Origin: Alphaproteobacteria bacterium
GTDB lineage: Bacteria > Pseudomonadota > Alphaproteobacteria > SP197
DNA length: 64,000 bases
Assembly: GCA_964291415.2 (NCBI GenBank)
Contig: OZ219920.1
Coordinates: 992,001 to 1,056,000 of the forward strand
Reading direction: 5' to 3'
Part shown: positions 20,202 through 29,077 of the stretch, one piece after another
Layout of the letters: each line of letters starts with the position of its first letter
How positions within the stretch are numbered: position 1 is the stretch's first letter
Notes under the pieces: generated by a model
Databases searched by the model: none
What the model was told of the DNA's origin: nothing
Seen by the model: only the letters and a program-made list of their open reading frames with translations
Made by a program: the position numbers and the translations under genes

Positions 20202-20294
20202 GGCTGGTTCAGCATCGCTGGCACACCTTGCGCGTGAATACCGAAATCTGCCGAAGTGTGCCACTGTGGGGTGACGCAATCGCCGGGGACAGGA

Positions 20295-21686
20295 ATGAAG
20301 TGCTTCGTCAATGATGCGCCTGGCGCTGTCGGCCTTGACCTTCTTGCCCGCGGCAATCTCGAGAGCTGGCTTGACACCATTCCCGATCACCAGGCCCGCT
20401 GGATCAGGAGCCACGATCCCGGGAACTCCGGATTGCGGCATCTCGTGGTGCCGGGTGCGGATGGTGATGTCGCCCGTGTGCTGGTTGTTGTCGACGAATC
20501 CGTTGGCATGATGACGCTTGCCGGGTTGCCGGTGCGCCTGCCGGCCTCCATGACCTGCCGTCTCGCGGAAGACACTGACGGCGAAACAGCGACGGCACTT
20601 TCCCTCGGCTGGGCGCTGGGCAGCTACCATTTCGGCCGCTATCAGAGCAGCGACCGGAAGACGGCGCAGCTGGTCTTCCCCGGCCAGGCTGATCGGATGG
20701 AGGTCGAAGCGGTGGCCCGCGCGGTCTGGCTTGGACGCGATCTCATCAACACGCCCGCCGAAGACCTCGGTCCGGCGGAACTCGCCGGGGAAGTGAAGAC
20801 GATTGCCGATCGCCACGGCGGCGAAGTGACGACAGTCGTCGGTGATGACCTGTTGGAACAGGATTTTCCGTCAATCCATGCGGTTGGTCGTGCCAGTTCA
20901 CGCCCACCGCAGCTTGTCGACATGACTTGGGGCGATCCTGATGCCTACCGTGTCACCCTCGTGGGCAAGGGGGTCTGCTTCGATTCCGGTGGTCTCGACA
21001 TCAAGCCGTCTGCCGGCATGTTGCTCATGAAAAAGGATATGGGGGGTGCCGCCACCGCCATTGCCCTTGCTTCCATGATCATGGATCTCGACCTTCCCGT
21101 GAGGCTTCGCCTCATGGTTCCGGCCGTCGACAATGTGATTTCCGGCAATGCCTTCAGGCCGCTCGATGTCTTCCGCACACGAAAGGGGCTCACCATCGAA
21201 ATCGGCAACACCGATGCCGAGGGCAGGGTCATTCTCTGTGATGCCCTCGCCGAGGCGTCATCATCGGGGACGGACCTGCTGGTGGACTTTGCGACCCTGA
21301 CCGGTGCGGCCCGCGTGGCCCTTGGACCCGATCTGCCGGCGCTTTTCTGTAACGACGATGCTCTTGCAGAGGACATCATCGAGAACTGCCGGCGGGTCGA
21401 GGATCCTCTTTGGCGACTGCCCTTGTGGTCCGGTTACGCTTCGGACATCAGCAGTGACGTGGCGGATCTCCGGACCACGGGCTCGACGCCCCTCGCCGGA
21501 GCCATCTCGGCGGCTCTCTTCCTCGAGAGGTTCGTGGACGGGACCATTCCCTGGGCCCACATCGACCTCATGGCCTGGAACCGGCGCCACAAGCCAGGCC
21601 GTCCCAAGGGGGGTGAGGTCATGGCTGCACGCGGACTCCTCGAGACGATCCGTGCCAGGTGCGCGAAGCTGAGGGCGGCCTCCTGA
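20295..21686 (+). CDS. M17 leucyl aminopeptidase family protein
   Basis: LVGKGVCFDSGG, MKKDMGG, NTDAEGR, ATLTGA, WAHID. Confidence 0.95.
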   Translation: MKCFVNDAPGAVGLDLLARGNLESWLDTIPDHQARWIRSHDPGNSGLRHLVVPGADGDVARVLVVVDESVGMMTLAGLPVRLPASMTCRLAEDTDGETATALSLGWALGSYHFGRYQSSDRKTAQLVFPGQADRMEVEAVARAVWLGRDLINTPAEDLGPAELAGEVKTIADRHGGEVTTVVGDDLLEQDFPSIHAVGRASSRPPQLVDMTWGDPDAYRVTLVGKGVCFDSGGLDIKPSAGMLLMKKDMGGAATAIALASMIMDLDLPVRLRLMVPAVDNVISGNAFRPLDVFRTRKGLTIEIGNTDAEGRVILCDALAEASSSGTDLLVDFATLTGAARVALGPDLPALFCNDDALAEDIIENCRRVEDPLWRLPLWSGYASDISSDVADLRTTGSTPLAGAISAALFLERFVDGTIPWAHIDLMAWNRRHKPGRPKGGEVMAARGLLETIRARCAKLRAAS

Positions 21687-21698
21687 GTACCGGCGCCC

Positions 21699-22154
21699 CT
21701 ATCCGGGCGGCTGGATGCGTTGCCAGATCATCCGTGCAGCCCTGGTGATGCGGCGGATGTGCCACGCCGTGAAGCCGGCCGCCGCCAGCAAGACAAGGCC
21801 AATGGCCTGCACGGCGTGTGAATCCTGGATGATGAGAAAGACGCCCATGAGGCCGATCAGGATGCATCCGGCAGTCTGGCGCCCGACGGGCAATCGCCCC
21901 ATGACGCCCGTCGTGTGGTTGTAGAGGGCGAAGACGAGAAGGAAGTCATGCTTCCTGACACCGCACGCCGTGACCTGGTCCCGCTCGGCGACAGGTGTGG
22001 GGTGAGGCGTAAGGAAGGAGCCGGGGCGCCTCATGCACGCCGGACGATTGTCAATGCGGAACCAGGTGGCATGTCGGCCAAGTCCGAATTCCCACCCGGT
22101 CTGGATGGCGCTGACAGATCCGGAAACTACGGTGAGTTGCATGGTTGAGGTCAT
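21699..22154 (-). CDS. Hypothetical membrane protein
   Basis: Fills intergenic space; two C-terminal hydrophobic helices; no recognisable motif. Confidence 0.5.
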   Translation of the reverse strand: MTSTMQLTVVSGSVSAIQTGWEFGLGRHATWFRIDNRPACMRRPGSFLTPHPTPVAERDQVTACGVRKHDFLLVFALYNHTTGVMGRLPVGRQTAGCILIGLMGVFLIIQDSHAVQAIGLVLLAAAGFTAWHIRRITRAARMIWQRIQPPG

Positions 22155-22225
22155 CGCCCTTTTGAGCGACCTTGCACCGCGCCGTCGAGACGGTAAACCC
22201 CCACTCCGACACGACCCGATGAACC

Positions 22226-22657
22226 ATGGAACAGCGACTCAGCATCATCACCCTGACCGTTGACGACCTTGCGAGGGCGAGGGCGTTCTATGAGGCGCTT
22301 GGCTGGCGTGTGGCAAGTGAGGCGACTAAGGAAATCGTCTGCTTCACACTCAACGGGATCGGTTTTGCCCTCTATCCGCGTCACCGGTTCCGCGAGGAGA
22401 TAGGGGTCGGAAATCTCTCATGTGAGGCGGATGGTGGCGTTGTGCTTGCCTACAACGTGCGGTCCCGTGACGAGGTGGCAAGGGTGCTCGACGAGGCCGT
22501 CAAGGCGGGAGGCACGCTCATGAAGCCGGCGGCGGACGTCTTCTGGGGTGGCCATTCCGGCCATTTTCGCGATCCCGACGGTCACATCTGGGAAGTGGCG
22601 TTCAATCCCTTCTCGCCACTGGACGACTCCGGTAACTTTTCCTGGTCTTCCACCTGA
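22226..22657 (+). CDS. VOC/glyoxalase family protein
   Basis: ITLTVDDLARARAFYEALGW, FWGGHSGHFRDPDGHIWEV. Confidence 0.93.
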   Translation: MEQRLSIITLTVDDLARARAFYEALGWRVASEATKEIVCFTLNGIGFALYPRHRFREEIGVGNLSCEADGGVVLAYNVRSRDEVARVLDEAVKAGGTLMKPAADVFWGGHSGHFRDPDGHIWEVAFNPFSPLDDSGNFSWSST

Positions 22658-22671
22658 GGAACACTGGTTCC

Positions 22672-22860
22672 ATGCTCGATCCCGAGGACTGCATCAACGA
22701 GACGTGTCCCTGGTCTGGAAAGCCGGTTGCCGCCGATTCACTCATCGAGTTCAACGGCGATGTCGTCGGCTTCTGCAACCCGGGTTGCCGCGACAAGTTC
22801 GCCGCCGCGCTCGATCACTTTGCGAGGGCACGCGAGGCGAAGACCAGCGGTCAGCCCTGA
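22672..22860 (+). CDS. Small YHS/TRASH-like metal-binding protein
   Basis: CPWSGKPV...VGFCNPGCRDKF; GAGGA RBS upstream. Confidence 0.8.
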   Translation: MLDPEDCINETCPWSGKPVAADSLIEFNGDVVGFCNPGCRDKFAAALDHFARAREAKTSGQP

Positions 22861-22892
22861 CCACCGCCCCGGAGTCATCGACAAGGGCAACC

Positions 22893-24257
22893 CTACGTGT
22901 CGGCGGTTTGCAGCAGTGTCGGGCGGTGGAGCCTTTCCATGTCCAGGCGCAGCCGAACGGCAGGATCCGAGCCATCGACGGCGACGTCCGACCAGCGGAC
23001 CACGTGTCCCCGCCTGACCGCATTCACCAGTGGGGTCCGGTGGGTCAGGCCCATCGGCAGGGCGCCCTCGTGCAGCGAACGTGCGGCGGGCATCAGCTGT
23101 CCCGACACCGTGTAGCCGCCCTCGCCGTCGAGCAGTTCGCCGGCCGCAAGATCGCGCTTGGCGACGGCGACCGTATCGGCCCTCCAGCCGTTCGCAGCGC
23201 CTGTCGGCTCCCCGCGCAACGCGACGCTGGCAACGCTTGTGCCGAGCTCCAGCCCGATCAGGTGCCATCGCTTGTAAAGGGCGGCGTAACGGCCGCTGTC
23301 GTCGGTCTTGAGACCGTACTCGCGGAAGCACCGGGCGATGTAGTCGGTGTCCGCCTCGAAGACGACGAAGACGCCGAAACGGATGTCATAGTCGATCGCC
23401 ACGCCATCGCGATGCAGCGAGGAGACCACTTCGACCTGACCCTTGTGGTGCAAGGTGCCGCCCTGCGAACGCGGTCTGCAGACTTGTGGCAATCCGTCGA
23501 TGCTGGTTGGCGGATAGCCGAGGCCATCCGGCGCCGGCGTGAGGCCCGTGGCGTTGGCGACTGCCGTGCTCTCGATCGCCGGCTTGGTGCCGTCGAGGAA
23601 GGAGGTGAACATTCTGGGGTTGAGTCCGCCTTCGACGGCCTCATCCGGCGTCAACCCGTATCCGTCCCAGACGTTGTCGGGCGTGTAGTACCGGTACTCC
23701 GGCAGCCACTTGTGGCCACGCCCCGCGGCGACGACGTCGAAGCCGCTGGTCCGGGCCCAGTCGACGAGATCACAGATCAGCGCCGGCTGGTCGCCGTAGG
23801 CGAGCGAATAGACGATGCCGGCCTCGCGGGCCCTTTCGGCCAGTAGCGGGCCGGCCAGAGCGTCGGCCTCGACATTGACCATGATGATCGGCTTGCCATG
23901 TTCGCAGGCGAGCAGCACATGCCGCACGCCCGCCGCCGGATCTCCGGTGGCGTCGACGACGAGGTCGATGGCCCCTTCGCGGAACGGCGCCTCTACGTCA
24001 TCGACAACCCAGGTTGCACCCGAGCGCAGCGCCGCTCCAGGATCCGCACTGGCGTAGCGTTCGCCCGGCCAGCCGATGCGCGCCAGGTTCCTGCGGGCAC
24101 CCTCCGGGTTCACGTCGGCGATGACGGCAATGTGGAGTCCCGGCGTCCGGATCGCCTGGGCGAGGAACATCGAAGCGAACTTGCCGCACCCGACAACACC
24201 GATGCGAACCGGATTGTGCTGCGCCTGCCGAGCCAGCAACAGGCGGTGAAGATTCAC
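22893..24257 (-). CDS. NAD-dependent oxidoreductase with C-terminal SAF domain (homoserine dehydrogenase-like, COG4091 type)
   Basis: GVVGCGKF, VDATG, NVEAD, AYGDQP, DGTK, AKRDLAAGELLDGEGGY. Confidence 0.88.
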   Translation of the reverse strand: MNLHRLLLARQAQHNPVRIGVVGCGKFASMFLAQAIRTPGLHIAVIADVNPEGARRNLARIGWPGERYASADPGAALRSGATWVVDDVEAPFREGAIDLVVDATGDPAAGVRHVLLACEHGKPIIMVNVEADALAGPLLAERAREAGIVYSLAYGDQPALICDLVDWARTSGFDVVAAGRGHKWLPEYRYYTPDNVWDGYGLTPDEAVEGGLNPRMFTSFLDGTKPAIESTAVANATGLTPAPDGLGYPPTSIDGLPQVCRPRSQGGTLHHKGQVEVVSSLHRDGVAIDYDIRFGVFVVFEADTDYIARCFREYGLKTDDSGRYAALYKRWHLIGLELGTSVASVALRGEPTGAANGWRADTVAVAKRDLAAGELLDGEGGYTVSGQLMPAARSLHEGALPMGLTHRTPLVNAVRRGHVVRWSDVAVDGSDPAVRLRLDMERLHRPTLLQTADT

Positions 24258-25057
24258 GCGACGGCTTCGGCCGATCCGGGCATCGGCTCGGTCAGGCAGT
24301 TGTCGGACAACGGTTCGATCGGGGCAAAATCGCGATGGGCGACCCATTCCGGCCGCTTGAAGCGCCGGATGTGGTTGTCGACATGGCATAGCGACAGATA
24401 GACGACGGTCCTGCCCCACGGCGACATGTTGGGCGAGGACGCATGGACGAGGTTGCCGTGGAACATCAGAACACTGCCGGCCTTGCCCTTGGCCGAGACT
24501 ATCCCGCCCCGTTCTGCCAGGTCCGTCACCGTCGCCCGATCGAGCGTCCAGAGCGGGTAGCTGGTCGTATCCAGGTCGTGCCCGGCATCGTAGACACCAC
24601 CGCGGTGCGAGCCCGGAATGATCCACAACGGACCGTTGAACTCGGTCACGTCGTCGACGAACAGGGCAATGTTCATCGCACGCGCCTCGGGCATCAGGTC
24701 ATCGCGAGACCACGTGCCGTAGTCCTGGTGCCATTGCCAGACGTCGCCGCTGAAGGCGACCTTGGCGTTGACCTTGTACTGATGCATGTAGACCGGACCG
24801 CCGAGCAGCTGCTTGACGGGTTCGATCAGGCGCGGATGGCGTCCAAGCCGCCGGAAGGCTTCGTGGTAGCAGTGCGCCGCGAAGGCCGTGCGCGGTGACA
24901 CGCCATCCTTCTCGCGTACCACCTCCTTGCGGTCCAGGGCGTAGACCTCGGCCGCAGCCTGTCGAAGAACCCTTGCCTCGTCCGTGGAGAAGAGGTTGGC
25001 AAGCATGAGATAACCGGTCTCGTGAAACCGGTTCATCTGATCACGGTCAAGGTGCAT
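24254..25057 (-). CDS. PhyH-family Fe(II)/2OG dioxygenase (proline/ectoine hydroxylase-like)
   Basis: WQWHQDYGTW (HxD), NGPLWIIPGSH, LVHASSPN. Confidence 0.9.
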   Translation of the reverse strand: MHLDRDQMNRFHETGYLMLANLFSTDEARVLRQAAAEVYALDRKEVVREKDGVSPRTAFAAHCYHEAFRRLGRHPRLIEPVKQLLGGPVYMHQYKVNAKVAFSGDVWQWHQDYGTWSRDDLMPEARAMNIALFVDDVTEFNGPLWIIPGSHRGGVYDAGHDLDTTSYPLWTLDRATVTDLAERGGIVSAKGKAGSVLMFHGNLVHASSPNMSPWGRTVVYLSLCHVDNHIRRFKRPEWVAHRDFAPIEPLSDNCLTEPMPGSAEAVA

Positions 25058-25240
25058 GAGCGTCCGCCTCCACGCTCGGAGCACGATCAGGAAAGGCTAG
25101 ACCCGGATGGTGACGCTTTCAACCGATCCGGCTGTAGCGCACATGGGAGTGTACGCGGAACGTCGACGACGCGCTTGAGGAAACCCGAGGCGAATTCATC
25201 CTTCAATGGCAGCGCTAAAGAGAGAAAACCGAACCTTCTC

Positions 25241-26335
25241 TCAGCTGTCCGGCAAGGCGGGCTGATCATTGGTGTGGCAGTGGACGCCGCCGCCCGCCGC
25301 CCAGGACTCGAGCATTTCGATGACGTAAATGTCGCGCCCGGGAAAGTAGGTCTCGAGGCGTTGTCGTGCGGCTTCGTCTGCCTCGGCGTGGCCGAAACCC
25401 GTCGTGATGACAAACCCGTTGCCAACCAGCCAGTTCATGTAGTTCGTGTGGAAGGTCATGCCGCGATGGACCACCGCCGTGTCGACAGGATCACGAATGA
25501 CGGTGAATCCGGCTGCAGCGATGGTCTCGGCGGCATTCTCGAAGACTGCGCTCGTGGTGGCGGGGCAGCCTGCGCTGTCCATGCACCGGGCAACGACGAC
25601 GGTGTCGTGATCGATGAAGCGGGCGATACCGTCGATATGCCCGTTGGTGAGGTCACCCATCGGCACCCCTTCGATGAAGACCACCTTGCTGACACCGAAG
25701 TGCGCTCTCAGGTCCGCCGCGGCCTTCTCGCGGGTGTAGTCCGCATTGCGCCGCGGATCGCCGATCACACTCCAGTTGAGCATGACGGTATCCCTGCCGT
25801 TGAACTCGAGATTGCCGCGCTCGTGCACGATGGCCACGGACTCGTGGGAGAGCCCGGTGATGCGGGCCACCTCAATCGGGATTCTATCGTCCAGGGCATA
25901 GGGGATCTGTGAGCCGAAGGCTCCTCCCCAGGCATCGAATCTCCAGTCCTGGACGAGGAGCGTGCCGTTGTCGATGACCCACACCGGTCCGTTGTCGCGC
26001 ATCCATGCGCTGTCGCTGGCAACGGCGTGCCACGTGATGCCCGGATGATCGGGGTCTCCTCCCTCGCGGGCAATCACACGCCTCGCGCTCTCCAGGATGG
26101 CCGGGCCGGAATGGAGGATGTGGAGTGTCTCGTAACGGGCGATGACGTTTGCGATTCGTGCGAAGGCGGTCTCGTAGGACTTCTCATACGGTCCGGGCCA
26201 TTGCATCCAGATCGCTTCCTGCGGTTCCCACTCTGCCGGTACCTGACGAGTGGAATCGCTTTCAGCGCCTGCCGAGATCGTTGCTCCGACGAGGATGGCC
26301 ATGAGTCCCTGGAATTGGCGTCCGATTGACATCAT
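25241..26335 (-). CDS. Agmatine/peptidylarginine deiminase family protein, probably exported
   Basis: PAEWEP, WMRDNGP, TNGHIDG, YMNW, GGGVHCHT; hydrophobic N-terminus. Confidence 0.9.
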   Translation of the reverse strand: MMSIGRQFQGLMAILVGATISAGAESDSTRQVPAEWEPQEAIWMQWPGPYEKSYETAFARIANVIARYETLHILHSGPAILESARRVIAREGGDPDHPGITWHAVASDSAWMRDNGPVWVIDNGTLLVQDWRFDAWGGAFGSQIPYALDDRIPIEVARITGLSHESVAIVHERGNLEFNGRDTVMLNWSVIGDPRRNADYTREKAAADLRAHFGVSKVVFIEGVPMGDLTNGHIDGIARFIDHDTVVVARCMDSAGCPATTSAVFENAAETIAAAGFTVIRDPVDTAVVHRGMTFHTNYMNWLVGNGFVITTGFGHAEADEAARQRLETYFPGRDIYVIEMLESWAAGGGVHCHTNDQPALPDS

Positions 26336-26454
26336 GGAACATTCTGCGCGCCGTCGCGCTGCCCTGGCAACAGGCAGGGATGCAGCCTGCCGAACCTGAT
26401 GGCGCTGCATCGCTCTTGGAGTATGGTGGAGGTCCGGTCAGGGAAGACGTTGCC

Positions 26455-27654
26455 ATGTCTGAAGCCTATATCTGCGATGCGGTGCGTACGCCCTTCGGGC
26501 GCTACGGCGGTCAGTTGTCCGGCCTCAGGACCGATGATCTCGCGGCCGTTCCCATACGCGCAATCATGGACCGCAATACCACGGTGGACTGGTCCAGACT
26601 CGATGACGTGATCTACGGCAACGTCAATCAGGCCGGAGAGGACAACCGCAATGTCGCACGCATGGCCGCACTGCTCGCCGGACTGCCCGTGGAGGTTCCC
26701 GGAGTCACGGTCAACCGGCTGTGCGGTTCCGGCCTCGAGGCCGTTCTGCAGGCCGGTCGCCTTGTGAAGCTGGGGGAGGCCCATCTCGTCATCGCCGGTG
26801 GCGTGGAGAGCATGTCGCGCGCTCCGTTCGTCATGGCCAAGGCCGAGACGGGGTTTTCGCGCCATGCGGAAATCCATGACACGACCATCGGCTGGCGCTT
26901 CGTCAATCCGCGCATGCGGCAGCTTCATGGTGTCGACCAGATGCCGGAAACAGCCGAGAACCTGGCTGAGGAACGGGGCATAGCACGCGAAGATCAGGAC
27001 GCCTTTGCCCTGAGAAGCCAGCAGCGGGCTGCCGCGGCCATCAGGGACGGAAAGATCGCCGAGGAACTCGTCCCGGTCACGGCGCCGTCCGGTCGGACGA
27101 CCGTCAAGGTGACAACCGACGAGCATCCGCGGGAGACGTCACGCGACAAGCTGGCGGGCCTGCGGGCGCCCTTCCGTGACAACGGAACCGTCACCGCCGG
27201 CAACGCCTCGGGCGTCAACGACGGCGCCTCGGCTCTCCTGGTGGCATCCCCGGAGGCGGTGGCACGGTACGCCCTTCAACCCCTTGCGCGCATCATCGGT
27301 GGCGCGGTGGGAGGAGTGCCGCCCCGAATCATGGGGATCGGGCCGGTCCATTCGACACGCAAGCTCCTCGAGAGGGAGCGCATTCGCCTGGGCGATGTCG
27401 ACGTCATTGAACTCAACGAGGCCTTCGCGGCCCAGGTGCTCGCGGTGACCCGCGAACTCGGGCTCGCCGATGATGCCGCGCACGTCAATCCCAATGGCGG
27501 CGCCATCGCTTTCGGCCACCCGCTGGGCGCATCGGGTGGCAGGCTGACGGCCACGGCCGTCTACGAATTGCGCCGCCGGGACGCCAGGCGCGCGCTCGTC
27601 ACCATGTGTATCGGCGTCGGGCAGGGTGTGTCGGCGCTTGTTGAACGCGTCTGA
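26455..27654 (+). CDS. pcaF: 3-oxoadipyl-CoA thiolase (PcaF/PaaJ family)
   Basis: NQAGEDNRNVARM, NRLCGSG, DTTIGWRF, NEAFA, GHPLGASG, CIGVGQG. Confidence 0.9.
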   Translation: MSEAYICDAVRTPFGRYGGQLSGLRTDDLAAVPIRAIMDRNTTVDWSRLDDVIYGNVNQAGEDNRNVARMAALLAGLPVEVPGVTVNRLCGSGLEAVLQAGRLVKLGEAHLVIAGGVESMSRAPFVMAKAETGFSRHAEIHDTTIGWRFVNPRMRQLHGVDQMPETAENLAEERGIAREDQDAFALRSQQRAAAAIRDGKIAEELVPVTAPSGRTTVKVTTDEHPRETSRDKLAGLRAPFRDNGTVTAGNASGVNDGASALLVASPEAVARYALQPLARIIGGAVGGVPPRIMGIGPVHSTRKLLERERIRLGDVDVIELNEAFAAQVLAVTRELGLADDAAHVNPNGGAIAFGHPLGASGGRLTATAVYELRRRDARRALVTMCIGVGQGVSALVERV

Positions 27655-27687
27655 TCGCAGTGAACGATACGTCAGCGATTCTCCGCG

Positions 27688-28221
27688 CTATTCCACCGTT
27701 TCCTCGTCCTTGAGCAGGGCGGCGGTTTCCGCCATGGCCTTCTTGCGGGCACTGCAGGCACAACCGCCCTTTTCAGCCCAGACGACTGGATCGATGAAGG
27801 GGCCGGCCCATATGCCCCGCTCTTGCGTGGCGGCCACGAGCTCGCGTTCGGCGTAGTCATCGCCCAGGGTCTCGTCGCGTACCGCCAGACCGGCATCGAT
27901 CATCTGACCGGCGAGATCGACACCATCAACGGCGCAGCGAGCGAGAGGGGTTGACGAACCGCTGTCGGCGGCCTCGACGCAGACGACTTCACCGCCACCG
28001 ACCAGTTCCTCGAGATGGAGAGCCGCTTCCCAGCCGCATGACCAGACATTGCCGATCTCGCCGCAGGTCTGCGTAATGGTCGGCGCATGCACACCGAAGA
28101 GATCGACCTTCTTTTCGCCAAAACTCATGGTGTCGCCGTCCAGGACCATGGGATTGCCCACGAGATCGGCATGGGCAGCCAGGGGAACGGACAGCGCCAG
28201 GATGGCCAGGAGATGTTTCAC
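27688..28221 (-). CDS. Exported thermonuclease-fold protein lacking catalytic residues
   Basis: Signal peptide, LDGDT, WSCG, GIWAGPF; DLFGVHAPT replaces RLxGIDAPE. Confidence 0.8.
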   Translation of the reverse strand: MKHLLAILALSVPLAAHADLVGNPMVLDGDTMSFGEKKVDLFGVHAPTITQTCGEIGNVWSCGWEAALHLEELVGGGEVVCVEAADSGSSTPLARCAVDGVDLAGQMIDAGLAVRDETLGDDYAERELVAATQERGIWAGPFIDPVVWAEKGGCACSARKKAMAETAALLKDEETVE

Positions 28222-28285
28222 GTCATCGATCCTTCATGCAGTCCGATGCGCATTATGGGGGGGACGGCCTGCAGGCTTCAAGGGT

Positions 28286-29077
28286 TCAGCGATGGGACAG
28301 CACCGCAACAATCTCCTGGCTGAGGTCGAGAAATGTGATGTCCCGTCCACAGGTGGCCGCCAGGGACTGCGCCTGGGCGCGATAGGTCTGTGGCATGTTC
28401 TTCCTGGCGCCCCCGAGTGATCGCACCGGATAGCTCACGACAACTTTGGGAATGTCCTCGAGGCGGTGCATGAGATCGACAGCGGCTCCGGGTTTCTGGC
28501 GTTCGAGACAGGGCAGGGTCTTGAGCACCAGGGCGACATCCGCATCGCCCGGCAGGACTCCGCCGAGAAGATCCTGCCAGAGACATCCACCCGGCCGTTG
28601 CGTGATGGCCAGGAAACGCCTGACGGCGTCGACCATGCGCCGGTCGATCTCGACCGCCGTATAGGACACCGCAGGGTCAAGACCTGAAAACGGCAGGGAG
28701 AAAGCGTTGAGTCCGGCGGCCAGATCAAGAATGTGCCGAGGAGTTCCACAGTGATTCCAGATTGTTGCATGGAATGTCTCGACGAATGAGAGACGTTCGG
28801 CGGTGGAATGGTGAAGTCTCAGGATGCGTCGGCATACGGCGCGGGTTTCATCGCCGGTCTCGAGCGCATCAAGGTGACGTTTGAGGGAATCGAGCTTCAC
28901 GGCATAGGCGCCGAACACCTGATGGAGCTTGCGCTTGGCTGCCTTGAGAGCCGGTCCCGGCTTTGCATGGCGGGCCACGGCCCAGTCGGCGGTCCGCGCC
29001 AGAAGGTCGGCGCTGAGGTGCCGGTACCTCGACGAGGAGGCGAGGCCCTCGATGACGTTCTGCCGGAGGTCGCTCAC
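28286..29077 (-). CDS. 16S rRNA (guanine-1405-N7)-methyltransferase, ArmA/Rmt/Sgm (FmrO) family
   Basis: KRKLHQVFGAY, HHSTAERL, LDLAAGLN, LKTLPCLE, VVSYPVRSLGG motifs. Confidence 0.85.
   Translation of the reverse strand: MSDLRQNVIEGLASSSRYRHLSADLLARTADWAVARHAKPGPALKAAKRKLHQVFGAYAVKLDSLKRHLDALETGDETRAVCRRILRLHHSTAERLSFVETFHATIWNHCGTPRHILDLAAGLNAFSLPFSGLDPAVSYTAVEIDRRMVDAVRRFLAITQRPGGCLWQDLLGGVLPGDADVALVLKTLPCLERQKPGAAVDLMHRLEDIPKVVVSYPVRSLGGARKNMPQTYRAQAQSLAATCGRDITFLDLSQEIVAVLSHR

Noticed and set aside
24254-25057. Calling the gene ectD
   Set aside because: Signature differs from the EctD consensus and no ectABC genes are nearby
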